From the human T2T-CHM13v2.0 reference genome, Homo sapiens: DNA of 64,000 nucleotides. Numbering within the stretch: the stretch's first letter is position 1; each line of letters begins with the position of its first letter. The DNA is taken from assembly GCF_009914755.1 (NCBI RefSeq), contig NC_060927.1. The stretch is one strand, 5' to 3'. The notes beneath the pieces were generated by a model, which saw only the letters and a list, made by a program, of their open reading frames with translations, was not told the origin of the DNA and did no database searches. Positions 16,136 through 32,079 of this stretch are shown one piece after another. Made by a program: the position numbers and the translations under genes.

Positions 16136-16556
16136 GTACCCAAAGATACTTCATTCTGCACATTTTTGAAAATAAAATCCAAAGTAACCACTTTTTTCTT
16201 CTCTAAGTACAGATTATTTTGCTGGGGTTTTATTCTGTTTTTTTGGTCAGACTTTCACATGTAAAAGGAATTACAGAAATACTGGGCTAGCCTAAATTGT
16301 ACCTTGAAAACCAAACAAGTAATGAAAGAAAAAAATAGACATCTCCTTTCCTGGGGATGGGGCGGCGGGGGGAATGGGGAAAGGAATCTATACTATCAAA
16401 TCTAAATAGGTAAAAACACTTTTTTAGACTTTTAAATTTACTTTATCCCACAACTCTTTCATGTGTTTAATCTCATACAGTCTGAATTGTTTAAAGGCTT
16501 TTTCTAACAACAAAAAAAGAGTTAAAATTTGTCAAACAAGTATTAATTAGACTTAC

Positions 16557-19500
16557 CTTTCTGTTAAATAAACATTTTCTTCAATAAGATCAAAGTAACA
16601 TGGCATTTTCCCTTGCTTGGCACATTCCTTCCATCGCTGTGGGTCCCTGAAGTCATCCATGACACAGGAGGGCCCAACCAGTGCTGAACCTGGGGGCACT
16701 GATGTCTCTCCCTGCTCTACCTCCACTCTAACTTTCTTTCTGTCCTGAAGCTCACCATCACTTTCAGAATCACTCTCTATTTCCTGCCTCCTTTTTTTAA
16801 GAGGCCCTCTATCTTTGATATCATTTTTTTCTAAGTTTTTTGAAAAATCTTTCTTTTCATTCACAGCTAAAGTGTCCTTAATGGAATTGCTGCTTATTTC
16901 AGGTGCTTGCACTGACCCCTTGTCTTTCTGAAGGGATAGAAGAAATTTATCGGACTGGTCTGAAAAATGGGATCCATCCTGTTGATCCCAATTCTCCTCT
17001 TCTTCACGATCATCTGTTAGGGAATCTGGTACTTGTCCTTGAGTTCGATCATACACAACCCCAGTTCCAGGAGGTCTACCTGATCTTGGATCCCAGTAAC
17101 CATTGCCTTGCCAGTAATCACGTGTCCCACCATACTGTTCTGCATTTTGCTGATACTTGTGTCCACCACAAGCTCCATAGCTACTGTCAGGTTGCTGATA
17201 CGTGGTAGAAGGCTTTTCTTGAGAGAAGTCCCAACCTAAGTTTCTGAGCTCTTCTGATGAGTGCAAGCCATCCACATGTGGTATCTCACAAGAGGAAGAA
17301 AAACTCAATTCTGTTTTTCCCAGTCTACTATCTGGCCTGTTTTGGAAAGTGGTCTGTTGCCAAGACTTATTTGGGACATCTTCAAAATCAGAAGAATAAA
17401 TTGGCAGCTCTTCTTGCTGCCTAGAAGGTATTTTGGCTTTCACGGTTTCCTCTGAATTTGGGTGACCCAGAGGGTCAGATTTCACATCTGTATGACTTGT
17501 ACTATCAACCCCATCACTCTGAGGATGAGAAAGTTCAGGCAGGCGGTTATCTATTTGTTTTCTACTGGACTGTGTAAAAGAAATTTCCGGATTCTTCTCT
17601 GTTCCTTTATGAAGGAAAAACTTATCAGTTTGAGGACAGGCTTTACTTGCTATACTTTCAAATTTTTCCTCATACAAATGTCTCCTTGACTCCAATCTCT
17701 CATCTTCCCAATGGTCAGAATAGTGTCTATAACTTTGACTGCTCCGAGAAGAACAAGGACTTGTTTCTTCCATGGGCAAAGTAGAATTCTTTGGCACAAC
17801 CACAACAGACTGGAGACGGTTTCTTGGAATACTGCTATCATCCGAATCTGTATCTTCTGAATCACTTTCATCATTTGAACTTTCAGAAGAGCCAGAATAA
17901 TCTTCATGAACTGTAGACACAATTTCTGGGGCATGACCACTACTGTCACACTTTAATGCATAAGTTACACCATCACTGTCTTCCATGGTTAAATTCAAAT
18001 CACAAGAAGAAAATACAACTTCTGAGTCATCAGAAGTATGCACATGTCCTCCTTCTCCTCTTTCATCTAAAGAGATTTCTGGTCTTCCTCTTCTTTCAGG
18101 CAATATGGAATTCCCTTCTTCTTGAGCCTCTTGCAAACATTTCCCAGATAACCCATTATTACGCCTGTTCTCCCTGGAAGCAAATCCCTTTCCTGAATCA
18201 GGAAGGTCACTACCTACTTCTACTATTGTTTCTTTCCCTGCATGCTTTAAAAACTCTGAACTTTTTTTACTCTTTAGCACTGCATCCAGAACTGGAGATG
18301 TGTTCTCTCCGCATTTCAAGAGAGTTAGACTGTCCACCTTTATTCCTGGTGGAAGACTCTGAAGAGATGAAGCAATACCTGAACTCCCAATAGGTTGATA
18401 TAAATCATCAAAATGATTAACAGAAGCTGAACTAGTGCTACCGATGCTCTGCTTATATTCTTCACATGCAAATTTTGAGTGATCTGTCAAATTTCTACTA
18501 TCACATATAACTGGTTTTGATTCCAAATGCACATTCATAAAGCTATTTGAAGAAATCTTCATAACTGAAGGCTCAATATTTTCAGCTTCAGAGTTACACA
18601 AAGAAGGGTTGCTATCGTTCAAAGTACAGTATATGTCTGAATCTTTGGTTTTGCAGCAAGAAACCCTCGTATCAACTGGTTCTTTAACTACTGTTTTGGA
18701 ATAATCCACAGTCATAACTGGCATAGACATGAGTTTATCTTGGTGTGGTGACACCAGAGGTTCTGTTTCTCTAAATGGGCTTTCTGACTTCTTATGCAGC
18801 ATGCAGGTATCATCCAAGTCTTTTTCTTTGCACCTACTAATATTCTGAAATCCATTTGATGAAAGCATGCATGCTTTGACCAAAGGGGATAATTCCGATC
18901 CAGTCACACTATCATCAGAAGTCATTAAAACAGCATCAGTTTTAGAAGTGCAAAATGTTGCCAAATCAGATTCTGCCCCAGGAGATCCATTTATATTTAA
19001 TTCTATGGGACAAAAACTTCTTAATTGATCATTCTTCACTTTAGATAAAGAGTCTAATTCCTTAATACTATCATGGCTATCATGTGTTATAAATTCGGAC
19101 TTAAAAATAGGCAATTCATCTAGCTTTTTTAAAGTAGGTGAATCATTTAATCGATTTGATGGAGCTGGAGACCCAGCCTTTTCTCTTTCAGGATTTTTAT
19201 TAATCATTCTTAATTCACTACCTTTTGAACAAGGTGTCTGTAAACTAAAAGAATGAGACTGTTTGATTTCTTCATTTAATTCTGTACAACAGAAAGAATT
19301 TTTAAATTTATCAGACTTGGGTATAGGTTTTGAAAGGGTAGATTTATAACGGGAAGCACTACTGTCATGCTTAGAATATGATGACCCTCGTCGGAATCCC
19401 AGTTCATTAGGGGGAGAACAACATCTTTTAATTGCTTCATTTTCTGAAGTCCTTTTAGATTCTCTTTCTAGTTTTGAAGAATACTTGCCTCTTCTTTCCA

Positions 19501-20923
19501 TCTCTAAGTAAGAGGTCTCAGTTTTACAGTCCCGATCAGATTTAGAATAGGATGATGTCCTTAGGTCTCTGTAAGAAGAGGAATGAGATGAGGTACGCCT
19601 TGAGTATGTCTTCTTATACTCTTCTTCTGAGTCAGAACTCTCTCGTGCTCTGTTATCTGTGTATGGCCGAGAATAGCGCGTCCTCTCTCGATAAGGGGAG
19701 CTCCTATGGTAGCGACGATCAGAGTCATAATAATGAGATCGTTCTGACCTGGAATAGGATAAATTAGTTCTAGAGCCTCTCTCAGACCTAGAGTGAGATC
19801 TGCTCCGCCGTCGCTCTCTTTCTGATCTACATCGGGAAGATACATACCGAGTATCTCTTTCAAGTTTTGAATAGCTAAAATATTTATCATCTCTGTCTGT
19901 TTTAGATCGTGAAGGTTTCCCTAGATCCTCACTTTTTAAAGGTGCTGAGCTCTTTTTAAAATCTCTTTCCTTTTCAATGCTTGCTGAAAATTTTAAATCA
20001 TGTGATCTTTGACTTGAAGAAGTCCGTACAGAATCTTCATCAGATTCTGAACCAAGAAAGATGCCTTCAGATTGTGAGGATTTCTTCTTAGAACCTGTTT
20101 TTTTACAGCTCAGACTAATCTTAGAACTATCTGGAATTTCTTCATCCTTCCCAATATGGGAATCTTCTTTTTTTGAGGAAATATCTGCTTGCTCATTCAA
20201 TATTTGAGTTACGTGTTCTTCTAAACTATTAGATATAGTGTCCTGCTTAGTATCTGCTTCTAAAGATTCTGGTACAATTATAATTGGTGGTTCTTTCAGA
20301 GATCTAACTGCTACATCTACTGGTAAGGGTACTGGTGCTGCCATTAGAACTGTTATTGGTGTATGTGGCAAGGCCACTGGCTCTGTTACTGGTGCTGGTG
20401 ATGAGAGTGTTGTGGCTTGGGCAGGTGGAGGCGGTGGAGGCGGAGATGAGGGCGGTGAGTCTACAGTTGTTGATTCTGCTATCACTGCTGGTAATGGTGC
20501 TGCATGAGTAGGTGGAGATGCTACTGCTGTGGTAGTAGCCAGCAGTGGCCTGGATGTTACATGAAGCAGATGTTTCTTAAAATGAATTTTGCCCAATTCC
20601 ACCCTTGACTTTGGTGGGGAAGATTCTTCTGCAGTAGATAAGGTATCACCAATTTCCATTTTCATTTTAGGAGTCGAGTCTACCTGAAGAGGTACAGCTG
20701 GAGGGTTTGGAGTATCACTTTGCTTTTCATTGCCAAGTGCAGTGAGAAACCTATTCTGCAAAGTTTTCTTTGTAAGGCTGAAGCTGAATGACACCTTCTG
20801 TCGTCCCTGTTCTTCCAAATTAACTTTTGTTTTGGTGCCTTTGGGCAAAAATCGACTAGAAGCAACACCTTTGAACATTGGTCCTTTGATGAAACCTGTT
20901 TTCTGCACATTTTCAATCTTTGC
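16557..20923 (-). CDS. SETD2: SETD2 exon 3, 4367-nt internal exon (aa 30-1485): Pro-rich, Arg/Ser-rich and acidic low-complexity N-terminal region
   Basis: Corresponds to the 1451-aa ORF in the track. Acceptor tttgtag|GCA at 20923; donor AG|gtaagt at 16556. Confidence 0.98.
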
Positions 20924-21407
20924 CTACAAATGAACAAAATAAGCAATTACTACTACAATAAATAGTTACTTTCAAATGGACTGCACAGTTTAAAATGTTT
21001 ACTGGAGAAATGAAAAGCCCTTTTTAATAACAAATAGTATGAATTTCACTAAGCTATATATATCTTTATTATGAAAATTTTCAAACACAGTCAAAAGTAT
21101 AGAAAATGGTATAATAAATCCCTAAGTATCCACTCCAAGCTTCAACAATTACCTATTTTCCCCATTCTTACTTTCTCGTACATAAATAACTTTTTTCAGT
21201 TTTATAACTATTTTCCAGGTAGCATTTTTTAAAAAGAATTTTTTAAAAACCTGACATATGTTTGAAAGACATTTGTATAAAGGGCAATATCTAACATCTC
21301 AGTACTCAATATGGTTTGTTCTTGTGTTCTATCAGAGATGAAAAATCAGAGGTCATCAAGACCAGTGGTCTCCTGGCATCACATGGAGTGCACAGTAAAA
21401 ATACTCA

Positions 21408-21767
<360 letters not shown>

Positions 21768-22534
21768 TCAACGAGCTATTGAGCTCTAAGATGAGGAAAG
21801 GGTTTGTTTTTTGGGGTGTTTTGAGGTTTTGGTTTTTAAAAAAAACAAACAAACAAAAAAGCATTACATAGGCAATTCTAATCAATGTCCCAGGTTTGGG
21901 AAACCACTGATACAGAGGAACTTCCCACCTTACTTGTTTTACAGATGAGGTAACCAAATGAGGACCAGGCCTTCTGCCTTCCTGGAGAGTACTCTGCCTT
22001 GGCACATATCACTGTCTCTGCCTGGGCCCCCCACCCTCAAGTAATAATACTGCTGTATAAGCAACAGTTACAAAGTATAAACCTAAGAAGACTACTTTTC
22101 TTCCATGTTTGCCAAATCACCAAAGGAAATGGTTAGCCTTGGAAGTTCAAGGCATAACGTAGGTTGTACAAAGAGCATCAGAAAAATCTACAGCAACAAA
22201 CTCAATCCTAAATTAAAGATGGTGGTATACTTCTCATATGCAAAATTCTTCTAATTAATGTTCTTTAATCCACTTTGGCTATTTAAGAGAGTAACTTCCC
22301 TTTCAACACAGTAAAATCTGAAATCAGTTTTCAAAATTACATAGTAGTCATTCAAGTTGGAAAGTAAATACTTTCACATATATTATCATGGAGCAGTGAA
22401 TTCCAAATACTTTATTTTTTTGAGACAGAGTCTTGCTCTGTTGCCCAGGCTGAAGTGCAGGGGCACCATCTTGGCTCACTGCAACCTCCTCCTCCCCAGC
22501 TCAAGCAATTCTCCTGCCTCAGTCTCCTGAGTAG

Positions 22535-22717
<183 letters not shown>

Positions 22718-23021
22718 TAAATCTTAAATGGAAGCTCAATACATAAAAAACAAGTAAAAGATATTTTTAGAACTTCCAACTTTCTCTACCTTTCCTAAAT
22801 CTCTTGAAGCTCTAAAGTTTAAAAACCATTTTTCTGAGATACACAACATCCCTCACTGGGATAAGTTACCATGGCTCTAAAAACAAAATTAAAAACTATT
22901 ACTTCATTTCACATTCAAAATGATAGCTACATTTTGAGTGTTTTCAGCTTTTACCCAATTTCTAAAATGTGTTTAGTGGTCCATCTCATAATCATTGAAT
23001 GACTAGTTAAATTATACTTAC

Positions 23022-23037
23022 CTCATTTTCTTCTTCT
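23022..23037 (-). CDS. SETD2: SETD2 exon 2, 16-nt microexon (completes E24, then EEENE)
   Basis: Minus strand reads tag|AGAAGAAGAAAATGAG|gtaagt. It supplies exactly the residues and phase needed to join PTPE (exon 1) to AKIENVQK (exon 3). Confidence 0.95.
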
Positions 23038-23535
23038 CTATTTCCATTCAGCCAAGAAAACATGCAAAAGAATAAAAAGAAATCATAAATACTTAAAAAC
23101 GATTGAAATAATAGTTATTTGTATTAAAACTTGGGATACTTACTACCTACAGGTATATTCTATATGGATTGTCCATTCCTTCACACTCAGTTACATTTAG
23201 TTTAACAAATATTTACTCAAGATAGTGTCACATACTGTGCTAAGGGCTGGAGACCAAATTTGAATAAAGCAGCATCCCTGCCCTCAAAAAGCTCAGCTTC
23301 CTGTAAGTCACAAAAAAGAAATTTGTAACAAAAGTAATACCAACATAATGGAGTAAATATAAGAATAGAAATATATATAGTAAGGCAGCAAAGAGGACGA
23401 TAAGCAACTCAGTTTAGTGGGAAAATAGGAATGCAAAGAATTTTTCCTGCCTAGGTGTGGTGGTTCACACCTGTAATCCCAGCACTTTGGGAGGCTGAGG
23501 CCGGCTGATGGCTTGAGCCCAGGGGATTGAGACTA

Positions 23536-23721
<186 letters not shown>

Positions 23722-24125
23722 TTAAAAAAAAAAAAAAAAATCCTGAAGAGACGATTCGTTTTTGAAGAATACATTTGTGAGAAGATCCCAGGCAGAGTCA
23801 GAGATTAACACATAAAATAAGGCTGGGTGTAGTGGCCCACACTTGTAATCCCAACACTTTAAGAGGCTAAATTGGGAGGATCACTTGAGTTCAGGAGTTC
23901 GAGACCACCCTGGGTAACATAGCAAAACCTCATCTCTCTTAAAAATAATTTTTAGGCCAGGTGCGGTGGCTCACGCCTGTAATCCCAGCACTTTGGGAGG
24001 CCGAGGTGGGCAGACCACCTGAGGTCAGGAGCTCGAGACCAGCCTGGCCAACATGGTGAAACCCCATCTCTACTAAAAATACAAAATTAGCCGAGCATGG
24101 TGGTGCGTGCCTGTAATCCCAGCTA

Positions 24126-24227
<102 letters not shown>

Positions 24228-24357
24228 TCAAAAAATGAAAAATAATTTTTAAAAGGAAGACTAAGTTGGGAGGATTGCTTGAGCCTGGGAGACAGAAATT
24301 GCACTGAGCCAAGATCATGCCACTGCACTCCAGTCTGAGCAACTGAGTGAAAACCTG

Positions 24358-24388
<31 letters not shown>

Positions 24389-27300
24389 AAATAACATAGA
24401 ATAATATGTGTAAAGTATCTATAAACAGTTCAATATTACCTGAATATAAGGTGTAAGGCAGAAAGAAGCCAACAATAAGATGGAGTAGGAGGCAGTGGTC
24501 AGGTTTCTCATGAGAAGAATCATATTTCATCTTATGGATCAATGCTTCTCAATCGTTTTTGGTATCTGTTCAACAGTTCCAAAGGCAAGACTATTCCACA
24601 TTACAGTGCATCTGCTCCATAACACAATGCGCAGCTCTCTGGGTTATGTTCTAACAAAGGTAACCACACTGACTAAGAGCAATCAAAAGCCACAAGTCTA
24701 GTGTACACTAGCACACCAACGCATACTGAGGGACTGTCTACTTGGAGAAAAGGAAGCTACAAAAGGACATGACAGCGAGATTTGTATTTTCAGCTAGTCA
24801 CTCATTGGACTATGTGGCAAGACTGGAATACAACAATCTGTTTTCAATGTTCCTGAAAGGAAACATATAAAACCCTTTTCCCCAAATGTAGGCCTAACTT
24901 CATCATAATTCATTCCATTCGCCAGTGTCTGTGGTAGCCATACAAAACCAAGTAATGACAGGGGGAGAGGGGGCAGTAAGCTGATAATACATGAATGAGA
25001 TCTGAAGCAGTGCCAAAATTAACCATTTTTTTCTACTCCAAAACCACTAAAAACCTCATAAATGTGATGTTAGCACTACTGTACTTCATCAATTCTATGA
25101 TGTACATTTTGCCCACAGGATGCATGCTATCAATGGTATAATAGTTTTAACTGAAAATTTTTTTCACGTCTCAACGTTCATAAAATAATCATTTTCTTAC
25201 AATCGATGGCATATTAGAACCTATGGTATATTCAATTTGATTTAAATTAGTACCATTTGAAATTTTTTCAAGACAGAAGGTACCAGGAGATGTCCAACCA
25301 AGGCTTATCTGCATAGTACGCACACATACGAAATGCTAGAAATACAAAAGTGACCAGAACACTTTCTTAAGCCTCAGCAGTTCTATTTTGGACAGGCAGA
25401 TGAAAAGAATAATCCTGACAAAATATGATGAAAATAGGCTCAGGTTATATTGTAAATTTGTGGAGTTGGGAGGGAAGGGGGCATAATGAAGGTCCATTTT
25501 AGAAATCAAAGAATTGTTTGACAGAAATGACAAGACAGGAGGGGGAAGTGTTTAAAAAAGAAAAGAAAAGAAATGACATTTCCCAGAACTTGATAAAATA
25601 AAATGTTTATAATAAAAGAATATAAGCACAATCAGAAATTTGGAGGGAAATTTTCTCATCATTAAAAGCATTTAGTGTTAATAGATAAAAATCAAATTAC
25701 AAACAAGCAAAAGAAAAGTCCACAATCCAACTTTCCAGAGACAACTACTGTTAACACTTTGATCTACAGAGCTTTCTGCACTCGTTTGTGCATGCACTTG
25801 AGTGTGGTTTTTAAACAGAGATCATTGTTTTTCTTTTTAAAAACATACAAGCCATTCTGTATCTTGCTTCCCTCCCTCATGATAGAGCTGGTGAGCAGAC
25901 AAGTTGTTTAGATCACAGAAAAAGTATGGAATCACCAAATTAGATTGAGGAAGTGATCTCAAGAGAAGGAGATACAGGCTGGGCGCAGTGGCTCACGCCT
26001 GTAATCCCAGCACTTTGGGAGGTCAAGGCGGGTGGATCACCTGAGGTTAGGAGTTCAAGACCACCCTGCCCAACGTGGGGAAACCCCATCTCTACAAAAA
26101 TACAAAAATTAGCCAGGCATGATGGCAAGTGCCTGTAATCCCAGCTACTTGGGAGGCTGAGGCAGGAGAATCGCTTGAACCGGGAAGCGGAGGTTGCAGT
26201 GAGATCACGCCATTGCACTCTAGCCTGGGCGACAGAATGAGACTCCGCCTCAAAAAAAAAAAAAAGAAAAAAGAAAAGAAAAAATTGGTCTCTACTTTTC
26301 TGACATAATTAGTTGAAAGCTGGGGGAAGAGACAGGGTAAAAGACAAAGAAAATTCAAGCGTTAGGCAACAGAAGTGGAAGTAGACTGTAATCCTCAATG
26401 TTGCTGCCCAAAGTTGGACATTACCAATTTATAATTGAGCTCATTAGCATACTTATTCTATTTTTGTTGAAGGGATTAAGCCATCAGAGGTAACAGCTAG
26501 TGAATTAATCCAGCAAGATTGGCGGGACAAGAGGGGTAGAAGGCAAGAAGTTGAGAGAACTGATTTCTCAAAAATATTAAAATAACTGACCTAAAGATCC
26601 CTAGATAATAGACAGGGAGTGAAATCTGAAGGAAGCTCATAAACTCAATAGGGTAGGGACAAGATATTGGGGGCTTTAAAGAGTGGATTTGGTGGAAACC
26701 AGGAAGAGAGGTAGAAGGGTCAATAAGGTGGAAGAACTGGAAATTATGGTCAGAGTATTATTTTAGAGTTGAAGTACATTTCCAGGAGAGTCTTCTTGGG
26801 TAGGAGACCTAGGTACGGCCAGGAAGAGTAGACTGCTGCAGCAATAAGAAGGCAGGACCTTTTTGAAGAAATTAATACAATTGTGAGACCACAATTAACA
26901 GCAAGAATTAGCTACAAATGTTTTTAACATAAGAACACTTGTTTCGGTAAATAATATCAAGAGCAAAGAAGAGAGTTTTTGAAGAAAGGTTGATGAAACA
27001 AGGGTATAGAAACAAGAAGTTAAGAGTATTAAACTTCCTGTACTCCCTACCATAAAAAATAAGGAGGCATGTGAAAACAAGTATTTAACTCCACAGGATG
27101 AGATCATGCTAGAATAGCCTATTTCTTCTTTCAAAAAACTACTACAGAGAAAAAAAAAAGAATATGTTAGCCAGTTATCTGTCAAAAAAATAGTGAAGTG
27201 GGCAAATCTGCAGCTTGCTGATGGAATTATATATTTAAAGAATCCATATCAACACGAAGATAAATCTCTATTAGGTCACATGGTATATACAGAAAAAGAC

Positions 27301-27717
27301 TTAGTTAAGAGTTTTAGTCATGGCAAGCTCAAGGAACCAAAGAATGACATGACTTAAAAAAAACCAACCAACCAATCTCTCAGGCTAGGACATTAGAAGT
27401 AAGGTTTACAAAGGGAAGCCCTATAAATGAGAGCAATTTGGCCCTATCAAGCGCATTAATAAATATAAACAAGTTGGATAGTAAAGAAATCTATTCTGGA
27501 TACCATGTCACACAAGAAATGGTTAAAGCTAAATAGAAGTATTTTTATCTACCTTAGAAGAAAAAAGATTTACAGGACCATAGTAGTTTATTTCAAACTA
27601 CCAGAAAGTTTAGAAGATGAAATAATCTTATTTTGTGCAATTCTGAAAGTCAGAACTGTGACCAACAAATAGAAGTTACAGAATGACAGCTTTTAGCTCA
27701 TTTTTAGTACATTTTAA

Positions 27718-28026
<309 letters not shown>

Positions 28027-28090
28027 TTATTTGAAAAAGTACTATATGTAGCTGCGGGAAATTTTATAATACAAAGAGATATACAACTAA

Positions 28091-28385
<295 letters not shown>

Positions 28386-28696
28386 TGATCTGCCCACCTC
28401 AGCCTCCCAAAGTGCTGGGATTACAGACGTGAGCCACTGTGCCTGGCCTAGTTTGCATATTCTTATTCGAAAACTTTGTGTGCATATATGAACATACACA
28501 TATCTTTTTTTTTTTTTTTTTTTGAGACAGGATCTCATTCTGTCTTCCAGGCTGGAGTCCAGTGGCGCAATCTTGGCTCACTGATGCCTCAACCTTCCAA
28601 ACTCAAGTGATTTTTCTGCTTCAGCCTCCTGAGTAGCTGGGACTACAGGTGTGAGCCACTGCACCGGGCTAATATTTTTTGAGACAAAGTCTACTA

Positions 28697-28873
<177 letters not shown>

Positions 28874-29321
28874 CTAGATGTGTCACTGTACAGGACACTT
28901 AAGATTCCTTGACATCAAAAATGTTTAAGAATCTGGATAAGAACTTAACTAAGATAAGACAAAGAATATTCCTGTCCTCAAGGTGGACAGCCAAAAGTGA
29001 GGTCCTAGGTCTCACTCCAGACCTTCTACTGAATTTCTAACTACAAATCAGAAATAGCTTTTTACTTTACCTTGATTTTAATAAGCAAAGACTTCAAAAA
29101 TTCACTCCTACCTAAAGATTTCTTACTAAAACTAAAATACAGTGTTTCTTACACTTGAGTGTAGTATAGGCCTCATTTAAAGAAAAAAACTGTCAGACAT
29201 ATAAGAATAGATCACAGTTCAAGAATTCTGACAGAAAACAAAAATTAGCCTATTAAAATTTATTTCATTTGAAAACTGTCATTGCAGAGAATTTTAAACT
29301 TAAAACTTGTCAAAATAATTT

Positions 29322-29800
29322 TTAAGGTCTATAGGTTAGAAAATAATATTGTATCAGTGTTAATTTCCTGAATTTGATCATTGTAATGTTGTTTTTAGGA
29401 AATACATATTTGAGGATATAGGAGTAAAGAGGCATCATGTCTGCAAATTTCCAGCATTCCAGGAAAAAAGTAATGATGTATACATATATGTATATAAACA
29501 AAGAATGACAAAACAAATGTGGTAAAATGTTCTTATCTCGGGAATCTGGGTGAAGGGTATATAGGAAATCTCTGTGTTTTAAAAAAATATATTTTAATAC
29601 ATATTTTTTGTAGAGACAGGGGTCTATGTGGTCCAGGTTGGTCTCGAACTCCTGAGCTCAAACGATCCTCCCGCCTTAGCCTCCCAAAGTGCTGGGATTA
29701 CAGGCATGAGCAACTGTACCCAGTGGAAATCTCTATTTTTTAAACCATTCTGTAATTATTTTTTAAACTTAAAGATAATCAAATATGAAAAGTTGTTAAA
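29322..29800 (+). mobile_element. Old L1M (MC/ME) 3' fragment with an inserted antisense Alu monomer
   Basis: TATCAGTGTTAATTTCCTGAATTTGATCATTGTA...GAATCTGGGTGAAGGGTATA. Confidence 0.65.
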
Positions 29801-29885
29801 AATTCTCACAGAATCCCCCCCAACCCTTAAGAATATGTGGGCCAGGCGTGGTGGTTCACTTTGGGAGGTTGTGGCAGGCAGATCA

Positions 29886-30143
<258 letters not shown>

Positions 30144-31005
30144 TCAGCTGGAAAAACATTACCTCAAATCTTCCTAAATTTATATTCTGGTAAGCACTGA
30201 TAAAAATAAGCTACATAAAAACTAGACTCTGGAGTATGAGATTACAGGGGTAACGATACTGTGAAGAGAAAACTCAAAGACAGGAAAACTGATAACAAAA
30301 GAAAGGAAGCCACCAATTACAAATCAAAGAGTATTTCATAATATTGCTTTTAACATATCCTAGCCCAGAGGTAGGATAGCAGTACCCTTAACTTCCTAGA
30401 AGAAAGGTGCTTGTTGTCCCCTGCCCAAAGCAAGACAGAAACAGAAATATTGGCAGGGAACTCTTCTCAATTACTAAGTGATTACCTTCACCATTAGGAA
30501 ACCAGGAATTTCATTGCTCCTGCTGCCCCATCCTACACTATACCTCATGTTTTGTTTTAATTTTAGGATTCTAAATCCTTGATCCGCTTCCCAGCAAGTA
30601 CAGGTGGAAGCCTCTGTTGTGGGGGGGAAAAGTTTGGAACGAATGAGTTAAAGTCATGCATGTTTTGACATTTATACATTTAAGCACCTATGGCGTTATA
30701 TATTCAAGAGTTAAACTTCCTCCAATCTTCACTGATCTAGAAATATGCATCAGGCAGAAATCTTCAAAATTAAAACTTTTATCACAAAAGGTCACACCTA
30801 CCTAGCTCTCTGCTTGGACTATGGTCATACACATTTGCAAACCTCTTCTAAACACACTGAGCCAATCCTTCTGTAGGCTAGAGTTTTGGTAGGGAATGGA
30901 TGTCCTAGCTAACTACCAAGAGTGAGCTGGGCTTATGGCAAATGTGAAAACTACATCAGAACGTATCTCAGTAGCACACAACCATGCTGATGGACTGCTC
31001 AATGA

Positions 31006-31299
<294 letters not shown>

Positions 31300-32079
31300 T
31301 GACATTTTAGAAAGGTAACACTTAACTATAAATATCACCTCTCATATCAATCAGAGGCTATTTGTTCAATAATTATTTAAGGATCCACCTTGTAAAAGCA
31401 GTGCTAGGTCTGTAAAGGCAAAATGTCAGTTCACAGTCTCTACCCCACCAGGAATTTCATACTTACTTGAAGTAACATGGCACAGAGGTACATCAAATAA
31501 CTATAATACAAGGTAACAAATAATAATTGCCATGAGTAGAAAAGCCAGTAAGGTGCTTTCTTTTAAGCTTCACTTTTGGGCTCACCTGGTCTCAATTTTT
31601 CTGATTCTCTATGAAAACACACCTTTAGTATTTATTACTTTGCTTGTTAGGGTGGCTTTTTAAATTTGAGACAGGACCTGGCTGTCACCCAGGCTGGAGG
31701 CAGTGGCACAATCTTGGCTCACTGCAACCTCTGCCTCCCGGGCTCAAGCTGTCCTCCCACTTCAGCCTCCTGAGTAGCTGGGACTAGAGGCACACGCCAC
31801 TTACGTCCAGCTAATTTTTATATTTTTGGTAGAGACAGGGTTTCACCATGTTGCCCAGGCTGGTCTCAGAACTCCTAAGCTCAAACAATCTGTCCGCCTT
31901 GGCCTCCCAAGTGTTGGGATTACAGGCATGAGCCAGTACAGGCACGCCTGGCCTAGGGGTGGCAATTTAATACAGAAAAAAAATCAAACTTGATACCTAG
32001 GTCAGAATCCTATCCCTGCCATTTATTAACTCTATGGCTTGTGCCACTCTGTTCCCTTACTCTCCTAGATGCCTATTTC

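Noticed and set aside
20906-20908. Track start 'MQKTG' of the 1451-aa ORF as a real initiation site
   Set aside because: The codon is GTG (Val) inside exon 3; the frame continues upstream through exons 2 and 1.
16903-20933. Antisense and alternative-frame ORFs overlapping exon 3
   Set aside because: Shadow ORFs of the long SETD2 exon, with no recognisable protein features.
26895-27185. 96-aa hydrophobic minus-strand ORF
   Set aside because: Non-ATG start, and its composition reflects an A-rich + strand among old LINE remnants; no splice or homology support.
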